This document shows, in pieces, positions 35,030 to 46,245 of a DNA stretch of 64,000 nt. Numbering within the stretch: the first letter of the stretch is position 1; each line of letters opens with the position of its first letter. The DNA lies in assembly GCF_018350175.1 (NCBI RefSeq), contig NC_058382.1, positions 60,390,001-60,454,000 of the forward strand. The letters are read 5' to 3'. Source of the stretch: Felis catus (lineage: Eukaryota). The position numbers were made by a program, and so were the translations under genes. The notes below the pieces were generated by a model. The model searched no databases. It worked only from the letters and a program-made list of their open reading frames with translations, and was not told the DNA's origin.

Positions 35030-36175
35030 AGAAATACAGATAGCGCGGGCAGGAGATCTCAGGCTGGGAACCGATCGACAGCGCCGATAAGGCCTCGAGC
35101 AGGGCGAGCGCCGGGGCCCAGCTGGGTCGGCCAAGGGTGCGCCTTGGGGACTGGGACCGCATCGGGCGCGCAGGCGAGCCCCCCCCTCCCCGTCCGCTGC
35201 TCACCCTCTGCGCGGCCAGGATCCGGGCAGGAGTGGGGGCGCAGCAGGCGGGCTGGGCACCCTCCCTGCAGACCCCCCGCAGCCCCCACCCCGGGCGCCT
35301 CCTCCCTCTGGCAGATCTTGGCGAGTTAAGATGCGAGCGCTGATTGTCACCAAGCGGCGGCGCCCGCCCGCCCGCCCTCTGCCCGCGGCTGTGCGTGCGG
35401 CCCTCGCAGCTGTGCGCCCGCCGCGCTGGCCTCACCTGAGACCAGGCCGCGGGTGTGGAGGGGGAGGGGACCGGGCGCTGCGCGCCACCGCCCCCCGCGC
35501 CCTCACCAAGCCGGGGCGCAGCTGCCCGCGCCTCTGTGCGCCTTTTGTTCCGCGAGGAGATAGATGTGCCGCGCTGATAAGGCGCGCAACCGATGGCGGC
35601 GGTGATAGGCGCTTCCAGTTATTAACTTCAAACGTGGGAGCGGGGGGAGGGCGAGGCAGGAGCGCGGCCTTGGCCGGCCAGATGGCCGAGATGATAGGCT
35701 GGGGCCGAGCTGGCTGGAAGCGAGGGGCAGAGCCCAGCTCGGGACCCCCGGCCCGCCGAGCTGTCCTCCCGCCCGGGTCGATGTGAGCTCCGATAAGCGC
35801 AGGGCCGGTCGGCCGGATGGCGATCGCCAAGAGCGATAAGAGGCCTTATCTATGGCCACCAGGCCCGGCCGGGTTCGAGGCAACCACGGCGCGAGGGGCG
35901 GGGGGGGGGGGGGGGGGGTCTCGGCTGGGAGAGCGGCCCGGCCCAGAGCTGGGGCAGGGGGAGAGGGCGTCTGCTGCGGGTCGTCTGGGCGAGTTTTCTT
36001 CCCAAACATACTTAATTGCCAAGAAGTCGATCCTCCCCTGCGGGTGGTACAGTCCGTCAAAATGAAAGGAAAATGACTCTCGCTGGCCCGGAGCTCCGGG
36101 CCCGGTGGGGGGGGGGCACCCCTCCCAATTCCTATCAGATGGTGTGAGATAGCCAGAGGTGGGGTTTATCACCTC
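35030..36175. promoter_or_regulatory. CpG-rich GATA/E-box enhancer cluster ~2 kb into ZFPM1 intron 1
   Basis: More than ten GATA cores, including AGATAG, TGATAA, TGATAG x2 and CGATAA x3. Includes the composite CAGATG-N7-TGATAG (35679-35697) and the inverted pair GATAAG-AGGC-CTTATC (35835-35850). Confidence 0.75.
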
Positions 36176-36351
36176 CAGGAGGGAGCGTGTTTTCCTCTCC
36201 ACCGTGTTAGGGTTGCTGTGCGTTCCTGGCAAGTTTTAGATGTTGCCTGCTTGGAGTTTTATTGAAAAACACCGAGGTGGTTTCCATGGCCCAGGCTGTT
36301 TGCGGTGGGGGCAGGCCAGTGCGCTGGCGGTCTTTCTGAGCAGGCCCCCCT

Positions 36352-36420
36352 TGATTCAGCAGGTTTATTGAGCACTTGCTGTATGTGTGCACTGGGTCCC
36401 AGCCCTGTCTTAGGTGTGGG
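36352..36420 (-). mobile_element. L2 3' end (or MIR tail) fragment
   Basis: attcagcaggtttattgagcacttgctgtatgtg matches the reverse complement of the L2/MIR 3' terminus. Confidence 0.5.
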
Positions 36421-37639
36421 TGGTGGGTGGGGGATGGGGGTAAAGTGACAGGTACAGTCAGAGACTTCCCAGAAGGGGGTACCTTCATCGAGGTCAGGAA
36501 TAGGCCAGCCACAGAGGTGCCTCCAAGGGACAGTGGGCTGGCCTCAGTTTCCAGCTCTGAAAAATGGGATGATTCCTGGCTGTTGTTGGGGGGGGGGCGG
36601 GGTCGAAGGGCTCGGAGGCACAGGACCCCAGGGAAGGGATGCCTGTGTGAGGAGGTGAGAATGAGATAAGAAGGGTGGGGCCAGGCCTCAGTTTCCCCTC
36701 TCTTGAAAAATACAGACAGGAACAAGCCCCCAGGTCCGACTGGTGATGTCACTGCAGTGGGAGGGCCCTCAGGGACCATGGTCCTAGATACCAAGTGGAA
36801 ACCCAGGCCAGCCAGGTGAGGGGCCTCCAGCGGAAGCTGGGGACTTGCCCCGTCTGCCCCGGCCCCAGCGGCCACTCTGTCTCCTGTGAGGGTGTTTTCA
36901 CACATGCTTGGAGTTTGATTAAAGGAATTATTGGTGGCCACAGGATGACTAATTCACTCCGTGCTTCAGACTCACCCTCCGCTCTCTCCAGCAGCTCGAC
37001 ACCCACCTGTGGGGCCAACAGTGCCTTCTGGTGAGGGCCGGTTCCGGGGGGGCCTGGCTCGGGCCCAGTAGGGGGAGGGGGTGGTCTCCCCTGGAGTTTC
37101 CGTCGGCATGAGAGGATGACGCACACACAGCACTGCGCACCGTCCTCCCAGCTACGGGAGGCCCCTGGGAGTCTGCCTGGCTCGCAGGGGCCACCCTGCA
37201 AGGCCGCACCTCACTGGGACGGCGGCGAAGTGAAGAAAGTGGGCGGGGGCGGGGCACCTGCTGGTCCTGGTGCACGGCCACCGTGGGCAGTTCACTTCCA
37301 CGGCCTCCATTTCCCCTCTGTGAAAGACAGGTGTGACAGTGCCTGCCCTCCAGTTGTCAACAGGGACGTAAGTCCTGTCCTCCACTGGCCTTGGCCCCCT
37401 CCTCAGAGCCCTGGGGCACGGGGACCCATCTGTGGTGAGCGGAGGGGATGAAGGGCTGAGACGGCCAGGAGGGCTTTGCTCCTGGGCCCCCAGCCCCGAA
37501 CCCAGACTTGAAAGGGCCTGGTGGTCCCTGGGGGCCAGCCATCACCCCTGAGGTTGGGTGCCCCCTGGCTCCAGATGGCTCAGTTTTCCTGCTGTCCTGG
37601 CCCTCGGGGAAAACGAGCAGTTCATTCCTGCATTGGACG

Positions 37640-37825
37640 GTGATAATCATATCAGCAATGGCTAACACTTAGCTTACTCTGTGCCTGGCCACACATTACC
37701 TTAAAAGAAGTCCCGTTCTTATCCCCTTTACATCTGAGGACACTGAGCACAGATTGCTTAAGTTTCTCGCCCAAAACAACGGCAGAGCCAGAGTTGGAGC
37801 AGGCAGCCTGGCCCCAAGCTCCCAA
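37640..37825 (-). mobile_element. MIR SINE fragment
   Basis: cttactctgtgcctggc...cccctttacatctgaggacactgagcacag...ggcagagccagagttggagc is a degraded reverse MIR core. Confidence 0.5.
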
Positions 37826-39409
37826 CCAGCCTGCCTGTGAGCATCACGCTGCTTTCCTCTTGCTGCTGTCCCCAGGCTTGTCCGGGTTCAGTCTCCACAC
37901 CTGTGAAATGGGCCTTTGGGAGGGGAGGCACGCCGGGGTCCCTCGCCAGCCTAGCCCTTGCCACATCTCCCGGGGCTTCCTTCCTGAGACCCTACTGCGC
38001 AGGGGTGGCCCCTGGGGAGACTTCAGCCAGCCCTGCCCGGGGGCCTGAGCTCTGGCCGAGTCCTGCCTGCCCAGCCAGCCCCTCCCTGGAGGTCACTGGG
38101 AGCCCAGCGTGGCACCAGCCCCGCCAGGGATTTAAATGGGTCAGTTGGGGAAGAAAGGAGGAGGGAATGTGATGCCATTAATTGTACCCCTTATCTCCTG
38201 TTTCTATGCCAACCAGACGTTCCTGGGGCTTGACGGACTCGTGAATAATACTCCCAGCCGGCCTATCTGCCATCGACGGGCCTCCTCCTGGAGGCAGCTG
38301 GTGCCCACTGATTGGTATCGCCAGGCCCAGAGACCCGGGCCTGGGCTCCTGCCCCCCCCCCCCAGCCACCGTACCCCTGGAGCTGCCCCAGGGCCTCCGC
38401 TCCCATTTCACAGAGGGGGAAACTGAGGCCACAACCAGCTGTGCTCACTGAGCCTTGTCTACCACTCCCCACTCAACAGGAGTCGGGGGTGGGGGGCAGT
38501 GCCTGCAGAGGGAGTTGGAGACATGTACCTCCTGGCCGCCTGTGGGCCTCGGTGTCCTCAGCCGTCACAGAGGGAGGCACCCGGCCTATAGGTAAGGGCT
38601 TAGCTACCGTCAGGTTGCACTTCGTGTGTTCCTATGAGAAGGAGAGTCTCTGCGTGGGGACTGGGGGTGGCAGCTCCCAAGGCAGCCCCTCACCAGGGCC
38701 TGTGTGTCAGCTGAGGGGCTGGCTTCTTTCAGTCGCTTCTGGCCCCGGTGCCTTTGCACGGGCAGCTCAGATCTCTGCTGCCCAGGAGGAGGGACTGGGT
38801 CTGTCCTGTCCCCACATAGTGGGCTTTCCAGAACTCTGTCAGATAAATGACCTAATGGAGACACGGCATGAAATGGAGCGGGACTGTAAGCAAGGCCTGC
38901 CCGAGTGAGCCTCGGTCTACCCATCTGTAAAAAGGGGATGATGACATTGCCGGCCCCCGAGCACAGCCATGAGAATCCGGGGGAAACTCGTGTCGTCTGA
39001 GATGGTGCCACTGTCGCGTCACCTCCGCACAGCTTCCCCGCTGAGTGGCCTAGGCGAGCGTCTCTCTCGTTCCCAGTCCTGCGATTCTCATCTGTAGAAT
39101 GGGCGTGACGCCGTCCCAGCTCTCGTGGCTGTGCCCGGGCTCAAGCAGGGCTGGGCTACCGTGGGTGCTTGATGACAGCGGCACTCGGGGGGCACCTAGG
39201 CTGTTTGTTGCTGGATGACCTGTTGCCGTCACCGGCCCCTGGCTGCTCAGGGGCCACTAGGCAGGCTGTGGAGAGGCCCTTCCCTCCGGGACCTCAGGGC
39301 TTCCGTCCCCACCCTGTCCCCACACCAGGAGCAGAGGCTTTATGCTCTAGGCCTGGGCTGGCCTCAGGGCGCCGGGCAGAAGGCCAGCCCTCATCACCCG
39401 AGTGGGAGG

Positions 39410-39580
39410 CCACTGCTTGGCCTTGAGTCCTGGCCTCACCGTGACCCTGTGGGCAAATGACTTCTCTCGGCCTCAGTTTCCACTTTCGAAGCAAGAGCTC
39501 AAGAACAGTACCTCCTTCCTCGGGCCTTTACGTGAGGTCTGTGAGGTCTCAAAAGCAAACTGTAAAGTGCTGTCCCAAGG
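39410..39580 (+). mobile_element. MIR SINE fragment
   Basis: tgagtcctggcctcacc..gggcaaatgacttctctcggcctcagtttccac...gtgaggtc...gtaaagtgct. Confidence 0.55.
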
Positions 39581-42454
39581 TCATGTCCTCAGTGGATGCG
39601 GCAGGCCTGGGAGCTGCTGGTTGCATTACCGAGCTTTTGCGAGAAGCCTGGGGGACTGGACGCTTCACACGGAGCCCTGTGTCCGGCCCCCCTGCGCCTT
39701 CGGGTGTGAGTTTTTGAAGGGACTTGTGGACAGGGGAGGTGGGGGGGGGCGAGGGGCCCAGTCACACCCTGGGCTGGGCGGGGCCCGGGCCCTCCTCAGT
39801 CCTCCTCTTGCCCAAGCGTCTTACCTGCTCTTAGGCTCACTGTCATTATCGATTCACCCATCTTACAGATGAGAAAACTGAGGCCCTGGGAGACTGTGAC
39901 ACCCTCGAGGCCACACGACAGGAGCTGGGTCTTTGGACCCCAGGGGTGGGCAGAGGCTTCTCTGGACAGTGCCTGCTCCGCTCCCCCAGGCCACCTGTCC
40001 CAGGACCCTTCCAGCCTGGCTCCCCGCCCCCTCCTCCTCCACCTTCCAAGGCCCCCTGTTTGGGAGAAGGCAGTGTCCCCGCCGGGTCAGGAATGTGACC
40101 TTGGGCCAGAGCTGGGTTAGGCCGATAAGCAAGCCCCTCCCCTCCACCCCCTCCTTTCTGCCTCCCCTGGACCGGAGGGTGTGGACGCTCAGAGCCTGGG
40201 TTTCTCTGGGTTTCACATGTGATTCTCCTCGATGCCTGCTAAGGTTGGGGTTCTCGACCCATCTGACACACAAAGAAATGCAGGACCAGAAAGGGCGGGT
40301 GGCTACAGCAGGGCCGTGCACGGCGCACGAGCAGGAAGGATACAGACGGGGTCGAGAGGGCGGTCTGCTGCAGGCCTGCCAGGGCTCCCAGGCAGGGGGC
40401 GGAGGGGGCTGTGTCCTAGACCCCCGGAAGTGGCAGGCACACCGCTTCCTGGAAGGAGGGGATGGCCACCGTGGGGGCTGCCGCAGCCAGAATCCCGGGC
40501 TGGAGGGCTAAACTCTGCAGGTGCACAGAAGTTACCCGCCTTCCCGAGGCTCAGTCCTCACCTCTGCAAGATGGAGATGTCATGGGGATACCAGGCTGGG
40601 CTCTGAGGGCGCCCAGGCCTCCTGCAAGCTGTTGAGCCTCGGTTTCCCCCATAAAATGGAACAGTGATGCCTCCGGTGCGGGCGGGGTGGGGGCAGGTGG
40701 TGTAGCGGGTGCGGCCTGGGCCAGAGCTGGGGTGTCACTGGGGTTGCGTGACAGAATGCAAGTGAAGAGGACAGAGGGTCATCTCTCCCCTCCTCGGTCG
40801 TCCTAGGCCTGCTTCCTGCCCGTTCCTCTTGGTGTCCGACTCAAGCCCTGAGGCTTTCCTCGTCTGCCCTGGGTGCTTGCACCTGTCACATTCTCCTGCC
40901 TCAATTTCCCTTTTCTCCATCAAGCCTCTGTGCTGCAAGTAAGACCCCAGAAAGGGGGCCCGGGGCAAGTCATGCCTCTGTCCTGCGGTGAGCCCTCCAC
41001 TGGGGACAGGGCCTGGCAGGCAGTGGCAGATTCTTAGCCCCCAGGGAGGGCTCGGTGGGGGGAGTCTGGCATTGGCTTCTTGGACGCTTGAGACCAAAGA
41101 CAAGGCCTCTGCTCAGAGCTCAGAGCTTTGGGCAGCCACAGGACCTCGAGTGGCCTCCCGCCATCCAAACCCAGCTTGTCTGCACCCTCCCACCCCCCTG
41201 CCGGCTCATCCTGCCATCCTGAGCGCTTAGGAAGCCCCTGCTGAGGGCCCAAAACTTAAAGACACTGGCTCCTGCCTTTCCTCCGGTAACTTCTAAGGGA
41301 CGCTCAGTGACTAGCCCAGTGCACAGAAGGACCCTGAGGCCTAGGGGGTTTACGGGTCAGACCCAGGGCTTCAGCTCGAGCTCCCCACCCTGGGGGAGGA
41401 GGAAGAGGATGGTTATAGTGGGGGTTTCCACAAGTTGAGCTCTCTTGGCTTCCCTGCCGGCCTGGCGGCACCCGTGCTCAGGTCCAGGAAACCGAGGCCT
41501 TCCTGTGGTTCCGGGCAGTGTCCAGCTGTGGTCACCAGGCTGTTTCTCACCGGCTGTGTGACCTTGGGCGAGTCCCTTCCCCTCTCTGGGCCAAGGCGGT
41601 TGCTGCCCTGCCCTCCAGCTGTGGGAGAGGGACCAGAGCCCCAACGGACCCAGTCGGTAGGGCAGTTCCTGGGACCCAGGGGGTCAGATGGGGGCCCCAT
41701 GCGGTGGGCGGTCCTCAGGGAGACTTGCTCCACCCCTCAGACGCTTCTCGTGAAGTGGGATCACTAAATCCTCGCGGGGTGGGAATGAGTGGGTTTGAGG
41801 TCCCTTCCTTTGGATGAACAGGGATGTTCCACGCAGGGGCCAGGCGTGCCCCATCCCTGGGGTCTGTCCTGCAGGAGGCCCGAGGGCAGCGGGGAGACCC
41901 TTTACCATTTGAGGGGTGGATTGAGTATATGCCAGGCCACCGAGGGGCTGTGGAGCCAAGCCTCAGGTCAGGACCTGCAGGGACAGAGCCCAGCAGGATG
42001 TCCCCACCTGCTGATTTTGCTGCTGGGGTTAGGGCCTGGAAAAGGCCCCAGGGAGGTCGGGGGACCCTGCAGGCCACAAGGTGGGAGGGCATGGGGTTCA
42101 CCTCCTACCCCCACCTGCCGTGCCTCCACACCCCCAGCCCTCTTTCACTTCAGGGGCCTGGCACAGCTCAGGCGGGCCTGGGACCACTGTGACCCTGAGA
42201 TGGCTTCCTGCCTCGGTTTCCCCTCCTGTGCAGTATGCTCACGCCTGGCTCTTTCAAAACCAGACATTTTCCCAGAGCACAGAGGGAACCCCTACGCTCA
42301 CTGTGGCGGCCCTGACGGTCAGGGGCAGGGGCGCCCAGGCCCCCGGGGGCCCCAGCCAGGCCAGCTGTCCCCCTCTGCCTCCTGGCTGTGCCGGCCGAAG
42401 CCCCGTCCGCCCGGAACTGTCTCCCGTCCGGGCCTCTGGCGGGCGCGGGTTTCA

Positions 42455-42720
42455 GCTCCTGTGATAACTCGGAAAGTTGAACTGGCCCCATTACTGCGCT
42501 GAGATGGTTGGCGAGATACGGCCTTGATAATGGGGGAGATACGGCGTCTCCGTGGCCAATAGCCCAGCCTCCCCACCCATTAACATTCCCCACCAGCGAT
42601 CCGTCCCTGCCGCCTATCTCCTCCGTTTCCACTCCTCCCGCAGATAAGAATGGAAATTCTGACTTCATAGCTCACTGATTAAAGTGTCTGGATTTCTTGA
42701 TAATACACAGATAAATTATG
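42455..42720. promoter_or_regulatory. GATA motif cluster in ZFPM1 intron 1
   Basis: TGATAA (~42462, ~42526, ~42698), CTATCT (~42614), AGATAA (~42642, ~42709), ETS-like CGGAAA, and CCAAT (~42556). Confidence 0.65.
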
Positions 42721-43754
42721 TTTTTGAAAAAGAAGGTAGGGAGGAGGGTGGGGATGGTGGGGGCCCTGGAGGGGAGCCCTTGGCCGCCTCTCCCAGCCTC
42801 TCCCGGCCCCCGGGGCCCGCCTGCACCTCCCAGGCCTCCCCAGGCCTCTGGACCGACAGTGTCCAGGGGCCCGGCCGGGGAGGGGAAGACTCCGGCCTCC
42901 ACTCACAAAAGCAGCAGGAGTCGTCCTGGGGGACGGAAGGGCACCCCTGGCCTGGGGCGTGAGCCTTTTTAGGGGAGATCTGAGGCACTCCGCCAGAGCA
43001 GGGGTCCGGACCTGCTGCCTGGGCTCAACTCTGGACACGCTGGCCTTAGTTTCAGCATCTGACAAATGGGCCTGCACTCCTCGAGAGGACGCAGCACCCA
43101 AGGGCAAGAATTTTGCCCGTTTGGGCGTCTGCTGACTCCCAGCACCCAGACCAGTACCTGGTCATACAGCTGGTGCCCAATAAAGGTTGAGGGACCAAGT
43201 CGAGCTTCTCTTGCAGCTGGGGAGGTGGGGGGCTCCCGGCTCTCTCCCCCCACCATCCTCAGCCACCCTGCCTTCCTCAGCCCTCCAGCCCGCCTGCCAC
43301 TTGTGACGGTCGGCGCCCAGATGGGACTATGGTGCCATCTCCGCGTCTGTCTGGATAAAGCCGCCTCCTTCAGCTGATCCGAGATCCTTCGATGATGGTA
43401 GCGCGATTAGCAGCGATTAGGGCCCGCGTGTGGCTAATCCTCCCGCTGAGGGACAGGTGCGGCGGCCGCGTGGGGGCCAGGCACCCATGGAGCTGTGCGC
43501 ACCCCCCACTGTGTGAGTGGGGACACCAAGGCTCTGGGGTCATGCCTGGGGCTCCCAGCAGGTGCAGGGCTGCTGGCCACTCCCCCCCCCCCCCATCTCT
43601 GTATTTGTTTTTTAAGCAACTCCCAAGAAATGAGATTCTCTGTGATCCCAGAGACAGCAGGCGTGCGTGGGCAGTCAGCAACATTTCTGAGTGGTTCTAG
43701 GACCCCACAGTTATAACAATCCTCATGGTGGTCTTTGTTAGGTAGCAGCTCCCT

Positions 43755-43950
43755 TTGCTGAGTGCTTTCTGTATGCCAGGCCTGGGCTTGACCCCTGCTA
43801 CCCTGTAGCATCCCAGCAGCCCTGGAAAGTTTACCTCTGACTTCGTTTCTTCTCTGAAGAGGACTCAAGGCTCAGAGAGGTTGAGCAACTCATCCAAGGT
43901 CACACAGCACAGTAGGGAGCGGTAGAGACTGACTTAGCGTCCTGGCCAAG
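43755..43950 (-). mobile_element. MIR SINE
   Basis: tgagtgctttctgtatgccagg...gaggactcaaggctcagagaggttgagcaactcatccaaggtcacacagc is the reverse MIR core. Confidence 0.7.
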
Positions 43951-44289
43951 GTCTGGATCTCCATCACAACTGAGGATCTGGGGGGTGTTTGTAGCCATAG
44001 CCCCCCCCCCTCCCCTAAAGGGTCTGCTCCCTCCATTTAGGGGAGAAAGGCCCAGGCACAGAGAGGGTGAGTGCGTGCTTGGAACCACACAGCCCTGCCT
44101 GAGATGAGCAGATGACAAGGTGCCTCTACTCCTGCTTATCTCTGGGGGTCATATCATCTGCCCCCAGAAAATAGGCTCCTTTGGTGATAAAATTGGTTTC
44201 TTGGTGTCTTTTGGGTTTTGGTTTGTTTCAATATTCTAAAGGAAGTCAGCTATTTCCAGTAAAAATGCATATGTGGGGGAGGAGGATGA

Positions 44290-44420
44290 GTGTACTGTGC
44301 AGTGACCAGGGTTCAAATTCTGCCTCCTGGGTCGGTAGCCTGGGCAAGTGACTTCATGTCCCTGGACCTCAGTTTCCTTGCCTGTGCAATGGGCATAATC
44401 ATAATTCTGGCCTCCTTAGC
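44290..44420 (+). mobile_element. MIR SINE
   Basis: gggttcaaattctgcctc...ctgggcaagtgacttcatgtccctggacctcagtttccttgcctgtgcaatgggcataatcataa. Confidence 0.7.
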
Positions 44421-45199
44421 CTTTGAGGACAAAGGCAGGAGAGACGTGGGAGAGCGTCCCAGGCCCATGTGTAGCAGGGTGGGGGCGTGCCCTCCAGGGA
44501 CATGTGCAGGGTTGAGGTCCCTGGGGCTGCCGAGCCCATACACCCTACGCGGAGCCTACCAGAATTCTCCCTGGACTGCTTTTGGTGAATAGCTCTGGGT
44601 ACAGAGCGCGGAGCCCCTGTCACACCGTGCTGTGTGTGGTTAGGTCTTTGGGAGTCTGGCTCCCAGAGCCAGAGGGAATACAGACGGGATGTGGGGGTCC
44701 AGGCTGCCCCCCTTTGCTGTGGCTCACAGGCACCGCTCTGTTTTGAGACTCGGTTTCTCCATCTGTAAAATGGGGCTGAAGATGCTCAGGTCTGCCCTGT
44801 AGGCCTGGTTGGGGGAGGCCTCCGGGTCCTGCCCAGCCTCGCCCACAGGGGCTCACAGGCCTTCTGGAGAGAGGGCCCGGCACCCAGTCTCCAGACCACT
44901 GGCCTCCAGGCCCCCCCCCACCCCCTTGTCTGTCCCCTCTCTGGGCCTCCCCGCCCCCATCGGAGGCCCTTCCGTGGAGCTGCAAGGGCAGAGGCACAGC
45001 TGCTGCTGGTCCCTGCTGTGACCGCAGTCCCGGGACCCCCCACCCTTCCGGTCCGGGCCCAGGCCAGGGCTCCGCGTGTTGGACACAGCGGGAGGGACCT
45101 GAGCGAGGGAGGCCCCCACCCCTCAGTTCCCTGGCGTGGGGGGTGGGGGTGGGGTGTGTTCCACCCTGCCCCCCCACCCAAGAAAGAAAGAAAAGGGAA

Positions 45200-45295
45200 C
45201 TCTGATAAAGGCGATAGGCGTGTGTGCTGGAGGAACCCTATCACCTTATCTATCTGCCTGCTCTCTCTGAGCCTGGCTGTTGTTCCCTTATCTCA
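45200..45295. promoter_or_regulatory. Compact six-GATA cluster arranged as an inverted repeat
   Basis: TGATAAAGGCGATAGG (45203-45218), CCTATCACCTTATCTATCT (45237-45255), CTTATCT (~45287). Confidence 0.7.
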
Positions 45296-45779
45296 CCCAC
45301 CAAAATGCCAGGAACAAAAGCGCGTGCACATTCACACTCCCACCGCGAGCCCACCGCCCCGCAGTTCCTGGAGCCCGAAAAAGGATGCCGCTAGATCTGC
45401 TAGGGGGTTCGGGGCCTCTTAAAATCATCGGGGTCCTCGTCGGTAGTTTGCAGAGGAAGCCAAAACTTAGCCCTCCCTGAGAAGAAGCAGCTGAAAAGAA
45501 GTTTCCCCTATAAGCCCTCCCTCGAGGAAGGGAACCCAGCCTTGGGATGAGGGGCCAGGTCCCAGCTGTGTGGCTGCGTCCTGGCCACGTGACCGTGGGT
45601 CAGTCTCTTTCCCCCTCTGAGTCATTCATAATGGGCGGGGTAGGGGGGAGTTTGAGGATTTAACGGAGCTTTAGAGGAAAAGGAAGAGCTGGTACTGTAT
45701 AACCAAAGGCCTCCCCATGTGGCAAGTGGCCATTTTGTGTCCCAGACTTGGGTCTGGGGCAGGTCATCCAGAGCTTGGC

Positions 45780-46095
45780 ACCCCCAGAACCTGCTCCCTC
45801 AGAGGCCAGAGCCCAGCCCCCCCAGCGCCCAGCGTCCCGCCCAACCCCCTCCAGCACCCCTAGCCCGAGCCCCCAGAGCCCAGCGTCTTCCAAGCACCCA
45901 GGCCAGCACCCTTCCCCGAGCTCCCCTGGTCCCCTGGCTCCCAGAGCCCAGCGTGCCACCCCCGCACCCCGCTGAACCCCCCAGCCTCCCCCAGCCCCCC
46001 CAGCCCAGAGCTCCCCTAGCTCCGCCCCCCCAGCCCAGGGTTCCCCGCCCCCCCAGGCTCTCCTAGTCCCGCCCCCCAGAGCCCAGCGTACCCCT
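45780..46095. repeat. C-rich low-complexity degenerate repeat (ccccagcccagag-like)
   Basis: Repeated cccagagcccagc / cccccagccc motifs with strong C skew. Confidence 0.6.
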
Positions 46096-46124
46096 AGGCC
46101 ATAACCCCATTCAACTCCTCCCCA

Positions 46125-46245
46125 GGCCCCGCCCCCGCGGCCTGGGAACCAAGGATCTGTGTCCCTGCAGCCAATGGGAGAGAACATGCAAATGAGCGGT
46201 TGTGAGGCCTGGGGATTGGCTGAGCTCCACGCGTAAGGCGGGGCC
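46125..46245. promoter_or_regulatory. Symmetric GC-box / CCAAT / octamer / ATTGG / GC-box cassette
   Basis: GGCCCCGCC 46125-46133, CAGCCAAT 46168-46175, ATGCAAAT 46186-46193, ATTGGCTG 46215-46222, GGCGGGGCC 46237-46245. Confidence 0.55.

Noticed and set aside
39410..39950. Inverted MIR pair as a dsRNA or editing substrate
   Set aside because: The copies are too diverged and short to form a convincing duplex.
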